The position numbers were made by a program, and so were the translations under genes. The notes below the pieces were generated by a model. The model saw nothing but the letters and a program-made list of their open reading frames with translations, did not search any database and was not told the origin of the DNA. Of a stretch of 64,000 bases of DNA, positions 58,107-64,000 are shown piece after piece. Within the stretch, counting starts at the first letter, position 1; each line of letters begins with the position of its first letter. The stretch is taken from contig OY781089.1 in assembly GCA_963676565.1 (NCBI GenBank), positions 2,560,001 through 2,624,000 of the forward strand, written 5' to 3'. Source of the stretch: Halarcobacter sp. GTDB taxonomy: Bacteria; Campylobacterota; Campylobacteria; Campylobacterales; Arcobacteraceae.

Positions 58107-59012
58107 ATGACTCCACAAAAAAAAGCTACCGTTGTTTCAAGTAGTGTTGCTGCTTTATTAACACTAATGAAACTAGTTATTGGTATAGCTAGTGGGTCTG
58201 TTGCAGTTTTAGCATCTGCAATAGACTCAGTTCTTGATATGTTTGTATCTTTATTTAACTACTTTGCTGTAAACAATTCTGAAAAACCAGCCGATGAAAC
58301 TTTTAATTATGGACGTGGAAAAATTGAAGCCTTAGCTTCTGTAATTGAAGGTACAATTATTACTATTTCTGGTTTATTTTTACTTTATCAAGCTATTGAA
58401 AAAGCAATCAATGGTGAAGTATCTCAATATCTTGGTATCTCTTTAGGTGTAATGGTTGCCTCTTTAATGATTACTGTTAGTTTAGTAATCTACTTAAATA
58501 AGATTGCAAAACAAACTAATAGTATGGTGATCAAAGCTGATGCTTTACACTATAAAACAGATGTTTACACAAATGCTGCTGTTTTAGTATCACTATTACT
58601 TGTAAACTTTACAGGTATTGAATTAATCGATGTTATTGTTGGTGGTGGTATCTCTATATTTATTATCTATTCAGCCTATGAATTGATTCAAGAAGGTGTT
58701 CTTGTATTATTAGATAGAGCAGTTGATGAAGAGATAGTAAAAGATATCAAAAAAGCTTTAATGTCAGAAGAAAGAGTTAACACATTCCATATGTTAAAAA
58801 CAAGAGAAGCAGGAAGTCAAATCTTTGTTGATGTTCACTTAGTTTATGATTGTCTAATCACTCTTATGGAAGCTCATAAAATAACTGATAAAATAGAAAA
58901 TAAAATAAGAAAACTAGATAGATCAAAGGATTGGGTTATCAATATTCATATGGATCCATATGATGATCTTGATAGTAATGAAGACAATCATCTATCAGAA
59001 GGTTCACATTGA
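58107..59012 (+). CDS. Cation diffusion facilitator (FieF-like)
   Basis: ASAIDS..D, YGRGKIE, ADALHYKTD, IHMDP. Confidence 0.9.
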   Translation: MTPQKKATVVSSSVAALLTLMKLVIGIASGSVAVLASAIDSVLDMFVSLFNYFAVNNSEKPADETFNYGRGKIEALASVIEGTIITISGLFLLYQAIEKAINGEVSQYLGISLGVMVASLMITVSLVIYLNKIAKQTNSMVIKADALHYKTDVYTNAAVLVSLLLVNFTGIELIDVIVGGGISIFIIYSAYELIQEGVLVLLDRAVDEEIVKDIKKALMSEERVNTFHMLKTREAGSQIFVDVHLVYDCLITLMEAHKITDKIENKIRKLDRSKDWVINIHMDPYDDLDSNEDNHLSEGSH

Positions 59013-61342
59013 ATTATATAAATATACTTGGAGCTAGTGGAACAAAAACACAATCTACAGGAACAACCTCATTTCAAATTTATAAAAATATCATAATTGA
59101 TGCAGGAAATGTAATAAAACCTCTAGGGGAAGAGGTTTTAAACATAAATCATATATTCCTAACCCATACCCATTCTGACCATATTATAGATTTACCTTTT
59201 ATTATTGAAAGTTTTTTCGAACAAAGAAAAGAACCTTTGACAATATATGGTTCAAGTCAAACTATTCAATCTTTAAAAAATCATACATTTAACGATGAAA
59301 TATGGCCTGACTTTTCAAAAATAAAACTTATAAATTCAGAAGAGTTTTCTATAAAATACCAAGTTATAAAAGAGAATGAAACCATAAAAATTGATTCATA
59401 CAGTATAACTCCTATAAAGGCAAACCACATAGAAGGAGCCTTTGGATATGTTATTGAAAAAGCTAATCTAGACTCATATTTTATTAGTGGTGATACTTAT
59501 ACAAACCCTTTGATTTGGGAAACAATAAATACTAATAAAAAAATAAAATCATTAATTATAGAATGTTCTTTTCCAAATAAGTTTGAAAAATTAGCTCACG
59601 AGAGTAAACATTTAACCCCAAAACTTTTAAAAGATATAATTTCAAAAATCAATAGAGATGATGTACAAATATTTATATATCATTTAAAACAATCCTATAA
59701 AAAACAATTAATTGAAGAGATTGAAAATTTAAATATTTTATCAAATGGCGGAAAAATTTTAGCAGATGGGGATGTTATTCATCTAGAAACAGGTGAAACA
59801 CAATCTAAAAACATAAGTCATGATAAGTTTGATAGAATAATGGAAATCAACAAAGAACTTTCATCACAAGTTGATAAAGACAAATTATTTGAAATGATTT
59901 TATCATTAACAAGGGATTTGACTAATTGTGAAGCTGGTACTTTATATATTGTTACAAAAGATAGAAAAAGCTTAGAGTTTAAAGTTATTCAAAATGATCC
60001 TTTAAATATAAAAATGGGAAATTGGGAAAAACCTATTTCATGGAATTCTTTACCAATTTACTTAGATGATGGAAAAGAGAATATAGAAATGGTTTCTGTT
60101 GTATCTGCATTAGAAAAAAGAATTATTAATATTCCTGATGTATACAACTGTGAAGATTATGATTTTGAAGGAACAAAAAAATTTGATAGTTCTTCAGGTT
60201 ATAGATCAAAATCTATGTTAGTTATCCCTTTAGTTAATCATGAAGAAGATGTTATTGGAGTATTACAGCTAATAAATAAAACTACCTTTTCACATGATGA
60301 AATTATCCCTTTTAACAAAGAAGATGAAAATATATTAAAAGCATTAGCTTCTCAAGCTGCTATGGCCTTAACAAATTCATTTTTAATAAACAGTTTAGAA
60401 GAGTTTCTAAACTCATTCGTAACAACAATTGCCCATGCAATTGACGCAAAATCAAAACATACAAGTAAACATATAGATAAGGTTGCAAAAATAGCTATCT
60501 ATTTAGCAAAATCTATTCATAAAGATAATACTATCTATAAAGATGTAAAATATAGTGAAAATCAATTTAAGCAAATTGAACTTGCCGCTTGGATGCATGA
60601 TATAGGTAAAATTTCCATGCCTGAATCAGTAATAGATAAAGGTACAAAACTCCAAACTATTTTTGACAGAATTGAAAATATAAAAGAAAGATTTGAAATA
60701 ATAAAAAGAGATTTAGAAATCTCCTATTTAAAAAATGAAATTTCAAAAGAGAATTATCTAGACCAAATTAAAAAAATAGATGATGATTTTACTTTTTTAC
60801 AAACTGCAAATATTGGTGGAGAATTTATGCAAGATAAAGATATTGAAAGGATTGAAGAAATCTCTAAATTTCAATATATAAAAAGAGGCGAAGTCTGCAC
60901 AATCTTAACAGAAGATGAAGTAAAAAATCTATCAATAAGAAAAGGTACTTTAAGTAAAGAAGAAAAAGACATTATGAACAGTCATGCTCAATTAACCCTT
61001 GATATGTTATCAACTCTTCCTTTCCCTAAAAAATACAAAGATACCCTAAATATTGCTGTAAATCACCATGAAAAGTTGAATGGAAAAGGTTATCCAAGGG
61101 GACTTAATGAAAAAGATTTAAGTCTTGAAGATAGAATCATGATACTTGCAGATATATTTGAAGCATTAACAGCAAGTGATAGACCATATAAAGAAGGTAA
61201 AAAATTATCTGAAGTATATAAAATCCTTTCATTTATGGTTAAAGATAATGAAATAGATGGAAAACTTTTAGAGTTTTTCTTTGAAAGTGACGCCTTTAAA
61301 AAGTATATTAGTGAAGAACTAAAACCAAATCAAATAGATTAG
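59009..61342 (+). CDS. MBL-fold (class II cAMP phosphodiesterase-like) + GAF + HD-GYP protein
   Basis: THTHSDHI; GAF YRSKSMLVIPL..GVLQLINK; HDIGK and HHEKLNGKGYP; TTG start. Confidence 0.85.
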   Translation: MNYINILGASGTKTQSTGTTSFQIYKNIIIDAGNVIKPLGEEVLNINHIFLTHTHSDHIIDLPFIIESFFEQRKEPLTIYGSSQTIQSLKNHTFNDEIWPDFSKIKLINSEEFSIKYQVIKENETIKIDSYSITPIKANHIEGAFGYVIEKANLDSYFISGDTYTNPLIWETINTNKKIKSLIIECSFPNKFEKLAHESKHLTPKLLKDIISKINRDDVQIFIYHLKQSYKKQLIEEIENLNILSNGGKILADGDVIHLETGETQSKNISHDKFDRIMEINKELSSQVDKDKLFEMILSLTRDLTNCEAGTLYIVTKDRKSLEFKVIQNDPLNIKMGNWEKPISWNSLPIYLDDGKENIEMVSVVSALEKRIINIPDVYNCEDYDFEGTKKFDSSSGYRSKSMLVIPLVNHEEDVIGVLQLINKTTFSHDEIIPFNKEDENILKALASQAAMALTNSFLINSLEEFLNSFVTTIAHAIDAKSKHTSKHIDKVAKIAIYLAKSIHKDNTIYKDVKYSENQFKQIELAAWMHDIGKISMPESVIDKGTKLQTIFDRIENIKERFEIIKRDLEISYLKNEISKENYLDQIKKIDDDFTFLQTANIGGEFMQDKDIERIEEISKFQYIKRGEVCTILTEDEVKNLSIRKGTLSKEEKDIMNSHAQLTLDMLSTLPFPKKYKDTLNIAVNHHEKLNGKGYPRGLNEKDLSLEDRIMILADIFEALTASDRPYKEGKKLSEVYKILSFMVKDNEIDGKLLEFFFESDAFKKYISEELKPNQID

Positions 61343-61359
61343 GTTATAATAACTTTATT

Positions 61360-63534
61360 ATGAACAAAAAAAATCTATTAAAAAAATTTATGATTTTTCT
61401 AGGTTTAGGAGTTTTCCTAAGCTTTATAATTTCTACAATATATATCAATTTTGATAAGCTTCCAAACTCTATAGATAATCGACTAAGAGACTATTTCTTT
61501 ACTCTTAGAGGAGAGATACCACATGAAGATAATATTGTAATTATTGATATTGATGAAGCATCATTAAAAGAAGTAGGACAATGGCCTTGGTCAAGACCTA
61601 AGGTATCTCAATTATTAGAAAATCTTACAAATATGGATATAGGCTTAATTGCTTTTGATATGGTTTTTGCTGAACCAGATAAAAGTTCACCCCATAGAGT
61701 ATTTAAAAAATATGGTATCACAAAGGAAAATACTCCTAACTATGACCTAATTTTAGGAGATACTGTTGCAAATACTCCTACAATATTAGGGTATGTTTTT
61801 GAATTTAAAGATAATGAATATATAAATAAAAAAGCTCCTCAAATCCCTGCAATCTTTATAGAAAAGAATAAAAAACTAGGAGATGACTTTTTATTAAAAG
61901 CAAAAGGGGCTATTATAAATGTACCTGAGGTTCAAGAAAAGGCATATACGAGTGGTTTTTTCAATAATATACCTGATGAATCAGGGGTAATAAGAAGTGT
62001 CCCACTTATAATCTCTTATGAAGATATGATATACCCATCTCTAGCTTTGGAAGTTATACGTTTAATTTCCAAAACTAAAAAAGTTGTTGTCAACTATGAT
62101 GAGTATGGAATAGTTAATATAAAACTAAATAATTTAACAATTCCAACGGATAGATATGGAAGACTTTTAATAAACTTTAGAGGTAAATCAAAAAGCTTTA
62201 AATATTATTCTGCAAAAGATATTTTAAATGGTTCAATTAGGAAAAAAGAACTTGAAGGGAAAATTGCACTAATTGGGACTACTGCAGTTGGACTATTAGA
62301 TCTTAGAGCAACACCTTTTGAATCAGTTTATCCAGGAGTGGAAGTTCATGCCAATGCAATTGACAATATTTTAACTGGTGATTTTTTAGCCAAAGAATCA
62401 TGGGTTGATGGTGCAAATATCTGGATTATATTTTTCTTAACAATCTTAACTGTTCTCTTAATAACATATTTACCCTTTTGGTTAAACCCAATTATTACCC
62501 TTTCATTACTAGGAGGAACAGTTTTAATTCTTTATACTTTATTATTTACCTATGGTTTAGTTTTAAATATATTTTTTCCACTTTTAACAATTGTTATTGC
62601 AGCCATAGTTGTAACTTTATTTGATTATTTTTATGAAATAAAAAAAGAAAAAGCAATAAAGAAGAAATTTGCTTCTAAAGTTTCTGCATCAGTTATGGAT
62701 AACCTTTTAAAAGATATTGATAATAATGAATTCCAAGCAGAAGAAAAAGAGGTAACAGTCTTTTTTAGTGATATTAGAAACTTCACGAATATCTCAGAAC
62801 AAATGGATGATGCAAAAGGACTTATTGAATATCTTAATGAGTATATGGAGCCAATGAGTAATATAATTACAGAATATGAAGGAACAATAGATAAATATAT
62901 TGGGGATTCAATAATGGCTTATTGGAATGCTCCTGCACAAGTAATAAATCATGCAGACAAAGCTGTTACTGCTTCACTTAAACAAATAAAACAACTTGTT
63001 CCACTAAATAGAAAACTAAAAAAAGAAAAAAAACCTCTTATTGATATGGGTATAGGTATTAATACAGGAAAAGCAATTGTAGGTGAAATGGGGAGTAAAG
63101 GTAGAAGTGATTACACAGTAATTGGAGATGCCATTAATCTTGGAGCAAGATTAGAATCACTATGTAAATTTTATGATTCTAAACTCAACATTTCAAATTT
63201 TACAAAAGAGCAACTAAAAGATAATTATACTTTTAGATTTCTTGACTTAGTAAAAGTTAAAGGAAAGAAAAAGCCTGTAGAGATATGGCAAGTAATTGAC
63301 TTTGGAGAAGCTAAAGGAGAACTAAAAGAAGAGTTAGCACTTTATAACAAAGCGATTAATCTTTATAAAGAATCAAACTTCAAAGAAGCATTAAAAATCT
63401 TTGAAGAACTAGAAAGCTATGATAAAAAAACAAATAAAAAAATATATGAAATTTATATAAATAGATGTAAAGAGTTTATAGTTTCACCTCCAACTGATTT
63501 TAACGGTATTTATGAACATCATACAAAAATCTAA
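61360..63534 (+). CDS. CHASE2-domain adenylate/guanylate cyclase
   Basis: IDIDE..GQWPW, PGVEVHA; cyclase FSDIRNFT, DKYIGDSIMA, YTVIGDAINLGARLE. Confidence 0.92.
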   Translation: MNKKNLLKKFMIFLGLGVFLSFIISTIYINFDKLPNSIDNRLRDYFFTLRGEIPHEDNIVIIDIDEASLKEVGQWPWSRPKVSQLLENLTNMDIGLIAFDMVFAEPDKSSPHRVFKKYGITKENTPNYDLILGDTVANTPTILGYVFEFKDNEYINKKAPQIPAIFIEKNKKLGDDFLLKAKGAIINVPEVQEKAYTSGFFNNIPDESGVIRSVPLIISYEDMIYPSLALEVIRLISKTKKVVVNYDEYGIVNIKLNNLTIPTDRYGRLLINFRGKSKSFKYYSAKDILNGSIRKKELEGKIALIGTTAVGLLDLRATPFESVYPGVEVHANAIDNILTGDFLAKESWVDGANIWIIFFLTILTVLLITYLPFWLNPIITLSLLGGTVLILYTLLFTYGLVLNIFFPLLTIVIAAIVVTLFDYFYEIKKEKAIKKKFASKVSASVMDNLLKDIDNNEFQAEEKEVTVFFSDIRNFTNISEQMDDAKGLIEYLNEYMEPMSNIITEYEGTIDKYIGDSIMAYWNAPAQVINHADKAVTASLKQIKQLVPLNRKLKKEKKPLIDMGIGINTGKAIVGEMGSKGRSDYTVIGDAINLGARLESLCKFYDSKLNISNFTKEQLKDNYTFRFLDLVKVKGKKKPVEIWQVIDFGEAKGELKEELALYNKAINLYKESNFKEALKIFEELESYDKKTNKKIYEIYINRCKEFIVSPPTDFNGIYEHHTKI

Positions 63535-63598
63535 TTTTCTATTTTATTTATTTTTTTTTGATATAATAATTTTTAATTAATCAAAATGAGACCTATGC

Positions 63599-64000
63599 AT
63601 GAAAAAAAAACTTTTTTTATTTTTTTTATTAACAACTTTAGTTTATGCTAAAAATTATACTCTGTATCTTACTTCAACAAATTCTTTAGAATCAGCAAAA
63701 GAATATTATGAGAACATTAAATTTCATACTCCTGATTCTTTTGATACAATAATTCATCAAAGAGACGATAAAAGTTATACCCTATTAATAAAAGATATAG
63801 AGACTTTAGAAAAAGCAAAAAAAATTCAAAAGCTTCTTTATTTAACAACTAATTACCAAGACAGCTACATAAAAGCTTTTGATAAAAAACCTAACTACAA
63901 TGTAATTCAAATAAAAAATGAAGAAATAAAAAATGAAGAACCATATAAGCAAAACCTTGAACAATCTAATAAATATATAACTGCTGCAACAATGTACAAT
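63599..64000 (+). CDS. Secreted protein, 3' end outside window
   Basis: MKKKLFLFFLLTTLVYA signal peptide; frame open to the window end; IKNEE tandem duplication. Confidence 0.65.
   Translation, partial: MKKKLFLFFLLTTLVYAKNYTLYLTSTNSLESAKEYYENIKFHTPDSFDTIIHQRDDKSYTLLIKDIETLEKAKKIQKLLYLTTNYQDSYIKAFDKKPNYNVIQIKNEEIKNEEPYKQNLEQSNKYITAATMYN

Noticed and set aside
1..64000. tRNA/rRNA genes, IS transposases, integron integrase
   Set aside because: None recognisable in the sequence or ORF track.

Overview
AT-rich bacterial chromosome segment. Gene content and codon style suggest Campylobacterota, most likely Arcobacteraceae; this is inferred, not searched. Most of the window is housekeeping or metabolic: anmK-amgK-murU, sfsA, hrpB, DEAD helicase, pnuC, guaA, nhaD, nadB, an aspartate aminotransferase, a CDF transporter and a cyclic-nucleotide signalling pair. 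Two features stand out. (1) Downstream of guaA, on the minus strand (~50.1 to 46.2 kb), is an integron gene-cassette array with no integrase in the window. It has an AT-rich attI-like entry site, five clear attC sites plus a remnant, and at least three attC architectures: ~70-bp host-like, 60-bp GC-rich and a 126-bp Vibrio-superintegron-like site. The cassettes include a class D beta-lactamase whose attC appears internally deleted, a nucleotidyltransferase and a HEPN-motif protein. The array is followed by a foreign-looking block of secreted-protein genes and bounded by a HipA-type toxin-antitoxin pair. (2) Five sigma54-type (-24/-12, GG-N10-GC) motifs lie 30-35 bp upstream of start codons of mostly uncharacterised genes: a nitrogenase-associated ArsC-family gene, a hemerythrin/AAA+/VWA operon and hypotheticals. 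This suggests a dispersed, possibly nitrogen-fixation-linked regulon. Also noted: a strand-specific 105-nt hairpin after guaA, a GC-rich leader before nadB-nhaD, a homopolymer-frameshifted hemerythrin and an unannotated 47-aa ORF.
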